Source: Chryseolinea sp. (lineage in GTDB: Bacteria; Bacteroidota; Bacteroidia; Cytophagales; Cyclobacteriaceae). Taken from it: 64,000 nucleotides of DNA. The stretch spans positions 23,816 to 87,815 of the forward strand of contig DATDAV010000002.1 of assembly GCA_036525235.1 (NCBI GenBank), given 5' to 3'. The notes beneath the pieces were generated by a model, which saw nothing but the letters and a program-made list of their open reading frames with translations, had not been told where the DNA came from and ran no database searches. The position numbers and the translations under genes were made by a program. Below, piece by piece: positions 38,348 to 47,434 of this stretch. How positions within the stretch are numbered: the first letter of the stretch is position 1; each line of letters begins with the position of its first letter.

Positions 38348-38881
38348 ATGACTTCAAAATTACTCCGCATTTCCGCGCGGTGGGGCGCAGTGGCCGGTGT
38401 GCTGGCGTTTATCATGCACGTGGTCATGTATTACCTCGGCCGGCATCCGTTGCTGGTTTCTCCTTTCCTCGATTTCAGGATTTTATTGTTCGGCGTGTTT
38501 GTTTACTTTTCATTGAAGGAATTCAGGGACTACGACCAACAAGGGGTGTTGTATTTCTGGCAGGCGACCCTCGGTGGCACCATCGTCGTGCTGCTGATGA
38601 CCACCATCACCTCGGTGCTGCTGTTTGCCTTTGGCAGCTGGGAGAAAGGGTTTGTGCCGGGCTACATCGCCGAGATGACGACGTACTTGAAAGCATTTCC
38701 AAAAGAAGATATTGAACGCATCGGGAAAGACATATATGAACGTAATTTAAAGGGGTTGCCTACGACTAACATGTGGCAATTGACAGTGACGTATTTTACG
38801 CAGGGACTGATCATCGGCTTTTTTGTTAACATTATCGTATCGGTAATATTAAGACGACAACCTAAAAACCAATCTATATGA
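38348..38881 (+). CDS. DUF4199-type membrane protein
   Basis: Four hydrophobic segments; LKEFRDY...LYFWQA pattern. Confidence 0.7.
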   Translation: MTSKLLRISARWGAVAGVLAFIMHVVMYYLGRHPLLVSPFLDFRILLFGVFVYFSLKEFRDYDQQGVLYFWQATLGGTIVVLLMTTITSVLLFAFGSWEKGFVPGYIAEMTTYLKAFPKEDIERIGKDIYERNLKGLPTTNMWQLTVTYFTQGLIIGFFVNIIVSVILRRQPKNQSI

Positions 38882-39411
38882 CTGAAACAACAGAAACCAC
38901 ATCCATCACGACACGATCAGTAGGTATTCGATACGGCGTGATTTGCGCGGTGGTAAGCATCGTCTACTTTGTCTTCCTCAATGTCGCTGGTCTTGATCAA
39001 GCCAAACTTGCGCAAGTGGGAAATTGGCTGATCGGCCTGGTTATCGCTTTCATGGCGCAAAAATATTACAAAGACAATGGCGACAGCTTCATGAGCTATG
39101 GCCAGGGGGTCGGCATTGCCTTTTGGATCGGACTCATCTGTGCCGCTATTGCTTCGGTATTCAGCACGATTTATATCAACTTTGTTGACCCGGAGTTTGT
39201 CAATCGTATTCGCGACAAAGCCTTGGCCGATATGGAGGCAAAGGGGACTCCGGAAGCACAGATTGATATGGCCATGAAAATGGTGGACTACATGACCTCG
39301 CCGCTGGCCATGTTTATCATGGGGATCGTGTTTACACTTATTATGATGCTCGTGATCGGTCTGATCCTTTCTATTTTCACACAGAAACCGCGGCCTGAAC
39401 CCGCTATTTAA
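38878..39411 (+). CDS. DUF4199-type membrane protein
   Basis: Four hydrophobic segments; KYYKDNGDSFMSYGQG, YINFVDPEF; overlaps the previous stop by 4 nt. Confidence 0.75.
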   Translation: MTETTETTSITTRSVGIRYGVICAVVSIVYFVFLNVAGLDQAKLAQVGNWLIGLVIAFMAQKYYKDNGDSFMSYGQGVGIAFWIGLICAAIASVFSTIYINFVDPEFVNRIRDKALADMEAKGTPEAQIDMAMKMVDYMTSPLAMFIMGIVFTLIMMLVIGLILSIFTQKPRPEPAI

Positions 39412-39419
39412 TTTACGAA

Positions 39420-40418
39420 ATGAATCTTGACATCTCAGTTGTTGTTCCCGCCAAGGACGAAGAAGAATCGATACCGGAACTGTGTCAGTGGATAAGCCGT
39501 GTGATGCAAACACACGGCTTTTCCTATGAAGTGATCTTCATCGACGACGGCAGCACGGACAACACCTGGCAGCAGATCACGGCCATCCACGAAGCCAACC
39601 CCAACATCAAGGGCATCCGCTTCAACCGGAACTTTGGCAAATCGGCCGCGCTGCAAACGGGCTTCCGCGCCGCACAGGGAAAAGTGGTCATCACCATGGA
39701 CTCCGACCTGCAGGACAGCCCGGACGAAATCCCGGCGTTGTACAAGATGGTTACCGACGATGGTTTTCACCTCGTGTCGGGCTGGAAGAAAAAACGCCAC
39801 GACCCGATGTCTAAGACCATTCCCTCCAAATTCTTCAACTACATTACGCGCAAGCTGTCGGGCATACCGTTGCACGACTTCAATTGCGGGCTCAAGGCCT
39901 ATCAATCGCGCGTAGTCAAGAACATCAACGTGTATGGCGAGATGCACCGCTACATTCCCGTGATCGCCAAGTGGGCGGGCTTCACCAAAATTACCGAGAA
40001 GGTGGTGGAACACCGCGAACGCAAATTTGGCGTGACCAAATTCGGATTGGAGCGATTTATCAACGGGTTTCTCGACCTGATCTCCATCACGTTTGTGAGC
40101 CGTTTCCGGCAGAAGCCGATGCACTTCTTTGGCACCTGGGGAACGCTGTCGTTCCTGGTGGGCTTTCTGTTTACGTGTAAGCTTTTTTATGATAAGATGG
40201 ATGCCCTATTCATCTCCCGGATTCCTGTGAAGCGCGACATCACTGCGCAACCTATCTTCTATTTGGCGTTGGTGGCGTTGGTCATTGGCGTGCAGCTTTT
40301 TGTGACGGGCTTCCTGGCGGAGATGTTCGCGATGCAGTCGCTGTCCAAGCGCGACTACCTCGTTATTGAGAAGGTGGGATTGCCTGAAACGGAGCAACGG
40401 TTGAAGTTGCAGGAATAA
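39420..40418 (+). CDS. GT2 glycosyltransferase (ArnC/DPM-synthase-like)
   Basis: IFIDDGSTD, RNFGKSAAL, TMDSDLQD, HDFNCGLKAY, GEMHRYIP, two C-terminal TM segments. Confidence 0.9.
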   Translation: MNLDISVVVPAKDEEESIPELCQWISRVMQTHGFSYEVIFIDDGSTDNTWQQITAIHEANPNIKGIRFNRNFGKSAALQTGFRAAQGKVVITMDSDLQDSPDEIPALYKMVTDDGFHLVSGWKKKRHDPMSKTIPSKFFNYITRKLSGIPLHDFNCGLKAYQSRVVKNINVYGEMHRYIPVIAKWAGFTKITEKVVEHRERKFGVTKFGLERFINGFLDLISITFVSRFRQKPMHFFGTWGTLSFLVGFLFTCKLFYDKMDALFISRIPVKRDITAQPIFYLALVALVIGVQLFVTGFLAEMFAMQSLSKRDYLVIEKVGLPETEQRLKLQE

Positions 40419-40457
40419 CTTCGGGCGTTTCCCCTTAGAAATCATTTTACCGCCTCA

Positions 40458-40510
40458 CCTTCGCTAAAGCTTCGGCGAGCAGAGAAAGACGCAAAGTTGA
40501 CGCAAAGGGA
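40458..40510. repeat. Short REP-like intergenic element
   Basis: ccttcgctaaagcttcggcgag palindrome plus a gacgcaaag direct repeat (2 copies). Confidence 0.4.
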
Positions 40511-40551
40511 GTCCCGCGTGCTTCTTCGGTTAGTTCTGCTTATTTTGCCGC

Positions 40552-41523
40552 ATGGCAACGCCGCGCTACTCCATCATCATTCCCGTTTATAATCGTCCAC
40601 AGGAAGTGGATGAGCTTTTGGCCAGTCTCGTGTTGCAGACGGTGAAAGACTTTGAGGTGATTGTGGTGGAGGACGGATCGACGTTGCGCTGTGATAGCAT
40701 CGTTGATTTTTACCGCGACAAATTTTCCATTCACTACTTCTTCAAACCCAACTCGGGGCCTGGACCGAGTCGTAATTTTGGCTATGCGCAGGCGCGGGGT
40801 GAGTATTTCATTGTCTTCGATTCCGACTGTATCATTCCGCCGGACTACCTGGCCTCGGTTGAGCGTTCCCTGCAGGAAAACGGGTGGGATGCCTGGGGTG
40901 GTCCTGACCGGGCGCACGAGAATTTTACACCGGTGCAGCGCGCGATGGGCTATACGATGGCTTCGGTGCTTACCACGGGGGGTATCCGCGGTGGTAAACA
41001 ACAGGCGGCGAAGTTTCAGCCGAGAAGTTTCAACATGGGCATCTCGCGAAAAGTGTTCACACAATCCGGGGGATTCAAGCTGGATCGTTTTGCAGAAGAT
41101 ATCGAGTTCAGCATTCGCATGCGCACGATGGGCTTCAAGGTGGGGCTGATTCCGGAGGCGTTTGTGTATCATAAACGGCGCACCACGTTCCGTCAGTTCT
41201 ATCAGCAGGTGTCCAACTTTGGCAAGGGACGCATCCAGATTGGCCGGGTGCATCCCGGGGCGGTGAAGCTCGCCCATTGGTTTCCCGCGCTTTTCTTATT
41301 GGGTTCGGGGGCATTGCTCATTCTCCCGTTCATCAGCCTTGCATTGTTCCGGATCGGCGTTGGCTTTTTCCTGGTCTATTTGCTGGCCATCTTCATCGAC
41401 TCGTTCCGGCAGGGCAAAGACCTCACCGTAGCCTTCTTGTCGGTGCCTGCCGCCCTGCTTCAGCTGTGGGGCTATGGGATCGGTTTTTTGAAAGAAAAGT
41501 TTGGAAATCATACACCCCGGTAA
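40552..41523 (+). CDS. GT2 glycosyltransferase
   Basis: YSIIIPVYNR, EDGS, SRNFG, FDSDC, FNMGI, EDIEFS, VYHKRR, C-terminal TM segments. Confidence 0.9.
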   Translation: MATPRYSIIIPVYNRPQEVDELLASLVLQTVKDFEVIVVEDGSTLRCDSIVDFYRDKFSIHYFFKPNSGPGPSRNFGYAQARGEYFIVFDSDCIIPPDYLASVERSLQENGWDAWGGPDRAHENFTPVQRAMGYTMASVLTTGGIRGGKQQAAKFQPRSFNMGISRKVFTQSGGFKLDRFAEDIEFSIRMRTMGFKVGLIPEAFVYHKRRTTFRQFYQQVSNFGKGRIQIGRVHPGAVKLAHWFPALFLLGSGALLILPFISLALFRIGVGFFLVYLLAIFIDSFRQGKDLTVAFLSVPAALLQLWGYGIGFLKEKFGNHTPR

Positions 41524-41609
41524 ACCAATAAATGTGGCGAATAGCTTGATTAGACTAAAAAATTAGATATTTTTAGAAAATATTCGCCCAAATATACGGT
41601 AGTCCTTAC

Positions 41610-42824
41610 ATGAAGAACCTAACTAGAAGTGCCCTCTTTTTCGGGCTTTTGTGCCTATCCCTCCCGTTGTTCTCCCAGGATTCTAAAGAGCTTGCCCCCG
41701 GCTATTACGTAGTGATCAACGCTTATGCGCCGTCGCGCGAGAACGTGGCGCAGAATTACGTGGAGGTCCTGAAAATGAAAGGTAAGGAGGCACACTACGG
41801 ATTTAATTCCGGTCGCGGATTTTTCTTTGTTTATCTGAAATATTTTGAGACCCTGAGAGAGTCGTTGCAGTACATGACAAATGCGCGCAACACCCCGGAA
41901 TTCAAAGATGCCTGGGTGCGTGTAGTGCCCGGCGATATCACACCACACAACGCCGCCGTGCCCAACGCACCGGCTCCTGAAATGCCCGCGCCTCCTAAAA
42001 CAACGGCCGTGGCCGCCACATCACAGGAAACGCAAGCCGCTCCCGCGGTGGAGTCAACCGAGCCAGCGATCGAAGACAATCCCGAGATCGTGCAACACAA
42101 AGTCATGACGCTGGGCAACACCGAAGTCTTCCTCAGTCTTTACAATGCAAGCAACAACCGCATCGTGAATGGCGATATACAGGTAATCGACACAGACCGT
42201 TCGCGGCTCATCACCAACGTGAAAGGAAATGAATACCTGGTGCTGCCGGATCCGAAAAGCAAGTCGGGACAACTCACGCTGGTGTGCGAGGCTTTCGGTT
42301 ACCGGAAGATCCAAGAGGAAATCAACTACCCGCTGCCGCTGGCCGATACGGTGAAAGAATACATCGATCTGATGGGTACCACGCTGGTGATCGACTTCGA
42401 CCTGGTGCGCTATCACAAGGGCGACATCGCCACCTTGTATAACGTTTACTTCTACAACGACGCGGCGCTGATGCTGCCCGAGTCTACCTATGAGCTCAAT
42501 AGTTTGTTACAGCTCATGCAAGAAAATCCTAAATACAAGATCCTCCTTCATGGCCACAGCAATGGCAACTACCATGGCAAGATTCTGTCGGTTGGTCCCG
42601 AAAAGAAATTCTTCACACTGGACGGCGCCCATGAAGGCGTGGGTTCGGCCAAAGATCTTTCGTACAAACGCGCCGAGGTCATCAAAGACTACCTGGTCAG
42701 CAAAGGCATCGACCCGACGCGCATGGAAATAAAAGCCTGGGGCGGGAAGCGTCCTATCTATGACAAGAATAGCGTGAACGCCAAGAAGAACGTTCGCGTG
42801 GAGGTAGAAATGCTGGCCGAATAA
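41610..42824 (+). CDS. OmpA-family protein with SPOR-like N-terminal domain
   Basis: Signal peptide; YYVVINAY...KDAWV; Pro/Ala/Thr linker; OmpA C-domain HGHSNG...LSYKRA...NVRVEV. Confidence 0.8.
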   Translation: MKNLTRSALFFGLLCLSLPLFSQDSKELAPGYYVVINAYAPSRENVAQNYVEVLKMKGKEAHYGFNSGRGFFFVYLKYFETLRESLQYMTNARNTPEFKDAWVRVVPGDITPHNAAVPNAPAPEMPAPPKTTAVAATSQETQAAPAVESTEPAIEDNPEIVQHKVMTLGNTEVFLSLYNASNNRIVNGDIQVIDTDRSRLITNVKGNEYLVLPDPKSKSGQLTLVCEAFGYRKIQEEINYPLPLADTVKEYIDLMGTTLVIDFDLVRYHKGDIATLYNVYFYNDAALMLPESTYELNSLLQLMQENPKYKILLHGHSNGNYHGKILSVGPEKKFFTLDGAHEGVGSAKDLSYKRAEVIKDYLVSKGIDPTRMEIKAWGGKRPIYDKNSVNAKKNVRVEVEMLAE

Positions 42825-42853
42825 GAAACTTTTCTCGATTGGAGCCCCGCTAG

Positions 42854-42872
42854 AAGCCCTGTTAGGGCTTTT
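42854..42872 (+). terminator. Intrinsic terminator
   Basis: AAGCCCT-GTT-AGGGCTT followed by TT. Confidence 0.55.
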
Positions 42873-42934
42873 GGCATTTATGGACGATTTTTGTTTTTGA
42901 ATGTATTTTATTTGCTCCCCCGAGCCACGGCACT

Positions 42935-43711
42935 ATGACAAAAGTATTGAAGAGCTTTTTTCTGATCATCAACTACAAGACGCTGATCATTACCACCTTG
43001 TCGGTCATCTCCACGTATGTTTGTTTTCACCTGGGCCTCATCGCCAAGTTTCCCGACATGCTAGTGGGCGTGGCCATCGTATTCCCGGTCGTATTCTCGA
43101 TTGGGTCGGCGTATAATCGCAGGGAAGTCGCGCTCCAACGCTTCTCCGATTTCAAAGGCCATGCCATTGCCCTCTACTATGCTTCGCGCGACTGGACCAC
43201 CGATAAGGACAACGACTTGCCCGAACAAACCCGCGAGATCGTCACGGCGATGATTCGTGTCATGCGCACCATGTTCACTTCGTCGCACCGCCGCGACTGG
43301 GAGGAGAACGAGCAAAAGATCTTTCAGTATTTCTCACGCCTCTCTGCCCTCACCACATCCTATAAACAGTATGGCATTCCCAGCGGCGAGTTCTCGCGGC
43401 TGAGCCAATACGTGAGCAAGATGATCATCGCTTTCGACAACCTGAAGATCATTCACGTGTACCGCACGCCCATCACGCTGCGGGCCTACAGCAAGGTGTT
43501 CATCTATATCTTCCCGATCATCTACGGTCCTTATTTTGCGAGCACGTTCAAGGATTTTTCCTCGTCGCTAGAATACGTCATGCCCGTCCTGTATAGCTTT
43601 ATCCTGGTGAGCCTCGACAACATCCAGGACCACCTTGAACATCCCTTCGACGAATTGGGTGAAGACGATATTCGCATCGACGAGCGCGAAGTGATCCGTC
43701 ACATGGAGTGA
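42935..43711 (+). CDS. Bestrophin-like membrane protein
   Basis: FSIGSAYNRR, RTPITLR, SLDNIQDHLEHPFD...DDI resemble bacterial bestrophin motifs. Confidence 0.65.
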   Translation: MTKVLKSFFLIINYKTLIITTLSVISTYVCFHLGLIAKFPDMLVGVAIVFPVVFSIGSAYNRREVALQRFSDFKGHAIALYYASRDWTTDKDNDLPEQTREIVTAMIRVMRTMFTSSHRRDWEENEQKIFQYFSRLSALTTSYKQYGIPSGEFSRLSQYVSKMIIAFDNLKIIHVYRTPITLRAYSKVFIYIFPIIYGPYFASTFKDFSSSLEYVMPVLYSFILVSLDNIQDHLEHPFDELGEDDIRIDEREVIRHME

Positions 43712-43733
43712 AAATTCTGCGTACCTTGAAGGG

Positions 43734-44741
43734 ATGAACGACGGCACCTCTCCCGGCCCTCAACCGAACAAAGCCCGCATCTATTTCCTGCTGGGATGCA
43801 CAGGCCTTTTTATCATGGCGCTGCTGTGGTCGGTCGATCGTTCCCTGGTTGCCATTTCGTTGGGCGTTGCAGCCGTATGCTTTCTGCTTGCATTCAATAG
43901 CCGGCCTACCTCAACGCCGCGACGCGAGGGTCCGGTCTTCCAAAAACAAAGGGACTATACGCCCGCGACATTTCTTTCCGTTTTATTCGGACGATTGCTG
44001 AAAGGGCAGCAGGCCACCCACCAACCGGCCAATCCCCAGCGTCGAAGCGCGGCGGTGGCGATCATCTTTGTTGTTTTTGTGTTCACCATCATTCTGGTCG
44101 TCACCCTCTCTTCGCTGTTTTCGGATGACGGCTCCATGGAGGCCTATGGCTATTTTCAGACGGCCGACAATCAGTACTACAATCAGCAATACGATTCCGC
44201 CCGCATGAACTACCGGCGGGCGTGGCAAGTGAACCCGAAATATGCGGAAGCCTATCTTGGTTATGGAAGAACACTGTTCTTGCAAAGCCAGCCCGACTCG
44301 GCCATCATCGTGTTCGACCAGGCGCTGGCCATCGACCCCGATTTGAAAGAAGCGTCCTATCGCAAGGCCGAGGTGCTTTCCGATCAAAAAAAACATAACG
44401 AGGCCATCACCATCCTAAACCAGCTTGTCGCGGACTATCCAGACTACGAGGATGCCCGGCTGGCGCTGGGGGACTGTTATTATACCCAACAGAAATTTGA
44501 TGAAGCGTTGCCATTATATGAAAGCGTGTATATCAACGCCAATTCGCGCAGTCATATTCTGTGCTATATCATGGCGTATATCTATGATTCAAAGGGCAAC
44601 CCTCAGAAGGCCATACCGCTCTACCAGGAAGCCCTTCAATACGACAGCACCGTGGTGGACATTTACAAGCGCCTTGGCGAGCTCATGCCTGGCGAAGCCG
44701 GCAACATCTATCGCACGAAGGCCGTCACGCTGAACCGTTGA
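43734..44741 (+). CDS. Membrane-anchored TPR protein
   Basis: Three hydrophobic segments followed by several TPR units (AYLGYG, ARLALGDCY, IYKRLG). Confidence 0.8.
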   Translation: MNDGTSPGPQPNKARIYFLLGCTGLFIMALLWSVDRSLVAISLGVAAVCFLLAFNSRPTSTPRREGPVFQKQRDYTPATFLSVLFGRLLKGQQATHQPANPQRRSAAVAIIFVVFVFTIILVVTLSSLFSDDGSMEAYGYFQTADNQYYNQQYDSARMNYRRAWQVNPKYAEAYLGYGRTLFLQSQPDSAIIVFDQALAIDPDLKEASYRKAEVLSDQKKHNEAITILNQLVADYPDYEDARLALGDCYYTQQKFDEALPLYESVYINANSRSHILCYIMAYIYDSKGNPQKAIPLYQEALQYDSTVVDIYKRLGELMPGEAGNIYRTKAVTLNR

Positions 44742-45026
44742 TTATTTATCGAGCACGTCCTGGTATTCCGGCACGCGATCGAACACTGACTTAGCAAAGG
44801 GGCAGAGTGGAAATATTTTCAGGTTATGCTTGCGGGCATGGTCGACGGCCGCTGCGACCAGTTGCTTGCCTGCGTTCTTCCCGCGTAAGGCCTCCGACAC
44901 TTCCGTGTGATTGATGATGATGCGGGTGTCGCCGGCCTTGGTAAAGATCATTTCGGCCAGGCGTTTGCCGTTTTCCTCTACAAAAAAATATCCCCGTGTG
45001 CCTGATTCTTCCAGTTTTATATCCAT
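44742..45026 (-). CDS. GNAT-family N-acetyltransferase (YjdJ-like)
   Basis: IINHTEVSEALRGKNAGKQLV...IFPLCPFA. Confidence 0.9.
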   Translation of the reverse strand: MDIKLEESGTRGYFFVEENGKRLAEMIFTKAGDTRIIINHTEVSEALRGKNAGKQLVAAAVDHARKHNLKIFPLCPFAKSVFDRVPEYQDVLDK

Positions 45027-45030
45027 GTGT

Positions 45031-46161
45031 TTATCTTGATTTGTATCGAATTCCCAAAACTGTCATCACGATAAAAAGTACGGCCACCACGGTGAGGGCC
45101 ACCCGAAGTGTTTGAGCATCGGCGATGAAGCCGATCACGGGCGGGCCAATGAGAAATCCGGAGTATCCCACGGTGGTGACCATTGCCAGCGCCACGCCCG
45201 AGGGAAGCTCACGCGTGTTGCCCGCGATGCTGTAGGCGATGGGTACAATGGTGGACAGGCCCAAGCCCACGAGAAAAAATCCTGCGATGGAAACGTAAGG
45301 CAGTGGGATCAGGAGGGCCAGTGAAAGGCCGGAGAAGGCCACCACGCCGCCAAGGATGATCATCGGTCGATCGCCAAAGGTTGCACGCGCCCGGTCGCCA
45401 AAAAATCGTCCCAACGTCATGGCCGTGGCAAATGCAGAGAGCGCGATAGGTGCCAGCGACTTGGAGGCACGGGCGATGTTCTCCATAAAGTTCACGGTCC
45501 ATTCCGACATGGCCCCCTCTCCCATCATACAACAAAACGCGATGACACCGACGCTGATAAGCGAGGCATTGGGGAGTCGGAACAAGGGTCCTTCGGTGTG
45601 CGCGCTGGGGTCGGGCTTATCGTGTATCAGATTTCTGCTGGCCCAGGCGACGGCTGCGAGAGAAACGCTGGCCACGATCAGAAAATGTGATTCCAGGTCT
45701 ACCTTTATGTCTGTAAACAACGCGGCTGACCATGCGCCCAGCATCATGCCCAGGCTGAAGAAGGCATGGAAAGACGTCATGATGGGGCGTTTGTATTCCT
45801 GCTCCACCATCACGGCCTGCGCGTTCATGGCCACGTCGAACATGCCGGTGACCAAGCCCATGCAAAAATAGAGGGCCATCAGCGAAGCGAAGTTGGGCAT
45901 GAGGGGGATCAGCGGCACAATGGCCGCATAGAGGATCGCTGTGAGCAACGAGATGCTGCGGCTTCCGTTTTTTATGATCACCCAGCCGGCAAACGGCATG
46001 GCCGCAACGGCCCCGATAGACAATGAGAACAACACCAAACCAATGTCGCCATTGTCGGCCCCATAAAGCTCCTGTATACGCGGCAGCCGCGACACCCAGT
46101 TGGCCAGGATAAACCCGTTAACAAAGAAGGCAATTTTTACAGCGATTCGATGACGCAGCAC
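45031..46161 (-). CDS. MFS transporter
   Basis: About 12 hydrophobic segments; WVSRLP, DVAMNAQ, HAFFSLG, GRFFGDR, GPPVIG. Confidence 0.9.
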   Translation of the reverse strand: MLRHRIAVKIAFFVNGFILANWVSRLPRIQELYGADNGDIGLVLFSLSIGAVAAMPFAGWVIIKNGSRSISLLTAILYAAIVPLIPLMPNFASLMALYFCMGLVTGMFDVAMNAQAVMVEQEYKRPIMTSFHAFFSLGMMLGAWSAALFTDIKVDLESHFLIVASVSLAAVAWASRNLIHDKPDPSAHTEGPLFRLPNASLISVGVIAFCCMMGEGAMSEWTVNFMENIARASKSLAPIALSAFATAMTLGRFFGDRARATFGDRPMIILGGVVAFSGLSLALLIPLPYVSIAGFFLVGLGLSTIVPIAYSIAGNTRELPSGVALAMVTTVGYSGFLIGPPVIGFIADAQTLRVALTVVAVLFIVMTVLGIRYKSR

Positions 46162-46279
46162 GGCGGTTGACGTTTTGATGGTATCAGACTACTGCTAAGG
46201 TATGGTTTTCTGGCCAGGCCATTTGAAAAGAAAGAAATCTTTCCGGGATGAATGCGCGGGACGGTGCAAGCTTTGCTCC

Positions 46280-47410
46280 TTACCAAAAATCGGGCTTTTG
46301 CGTAACACCGCCCAACGTGCGGCAGTCCATGCAGACAGAAGTCGAGGATACATAACCTACCGGGGCGGCAAAGCCAAAGGGATACACCAAGAGTGTGTTA
46401 TCGGGCAGCGTTTTAACAACCGATATTGGAATGGAATCCGGAGGACAAAAATAATGCGGGTACAAACGGATCTCTTCAGGCAGCTCATCATGACGGATGT
46501 AGATTCTTTCCTGCCTTTCCTCTCCCGCGCTAAAAAAGCCCAGAACCGGTTCTTGCGAATTGCTCGTGCTGTGGACATTGCCCACCACTTGCGACGGCAT
46601 GGGATCAAAAAGTCCACCCAAGCTCTCCGTTGTTTTTTGAAGCTGTGTCCAAAAAGTATATGCCTCTTTGGAAATCGCGCGTTGCCGAACCAGCACGCTG
46701 TAGCGAATAGAGACTTCTATTCCTCCCGCGGGGAGCGTGATCAATGGAAAATTGCGGATGGCGTCGGCGGACAGGTTTTCTGAGGAGGCTACAAAAATGT
46801 GGGTAGATGGTTGCGTGGTCCAGCAATGGTCTACACGTTCGGCCAACGTCAAGGGTATCGGCTCGTGTTTCCTCATGATATAGCCCGCAGGAAACGGTGC
46901 GTGATGCTCGTAGGTTTCTACATAGTCCCAGTAGTAATATTTTGCTTTCCCCGAAGCATCGTGTGTGTTCACGTAGATGGTCAGGTTCTGATTGCCGGCC
47001 CGCCAAGCCACGCTGTCGATGTCGGGTGTCTTCATCACCTCCACGTAGTCAGAAAAATATTCTTTTCCAGTGAGGGTCTTGATGTGGAGTCGATATTGTT
47101 TCGTGAGATCCAGGTTCAATCCTGTGGCCGTATAGTCGCCGTCCGCAGTGCCGCTCAATGGAACCGATGCGCCTTCTTGCTCCTCCAACTGTACGGTAGC
47201 CTTAAGTTCGGGCGGCGGGGTGCCTGCACTGTCCAGCGCCATGGCATGAGAGAGGCGCACGACAATAGAAGAGGACGTCGCGCTCAAGAATCCGTCGACC
47301 ACCAGGAGGTCGACATTACCCTTCACGTGCGGTGCCGAATAAGGATCCAGGCACCCGAAAAAAATAAGCGCGGGCAACAGGAAAATTAGATTATATCTTT
47401 TTATAGCCAT
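46280..47410 (-). CDS. DUF4249-type lipoprotein (copy C)
   Basis: Lipobox IFFGC; LLVVDG, TPDIDSV, GGLFDPMPS, CMDCR, KPDFW. Confidence 0.85.
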   Translation of the reverse strand: MAIKRYNLIFLLPALIFFGCLDPYSAPHVKGNVDLLVVDGFLSATSSSIVVRLSHAMALDSAGTPPPELKATVQLEEQEGASVPLSGTADGDYTATGLNLDLTKQYRLHIKTLTGKEYFSDYVEVMKTPDIDSVAWRAGNQNLTIYVNTHDASGKAKYYYWDYVETYEHHAPFPAGYIMRKHEPIPLTLAERVDHCWTTQPSTHIFVASSENLSADAIRNFPLITLPAGGIEVSIRYSVLVRQRAISKEAYTFWTQLQKTTESLGGLFDPMPSQVVGNVHSTSNSQEPVLGFFSAGEERQERIYIRHDELPEEIRLYPHYFCPPDSIPISVVKTLPDNTLLVYPFGFAAPVGYVSSTSVCMDCRTLGGVTQKPDFW

Positions 47411-47434
47411 TTGCAGGAGAACGCTCTCCGGACA

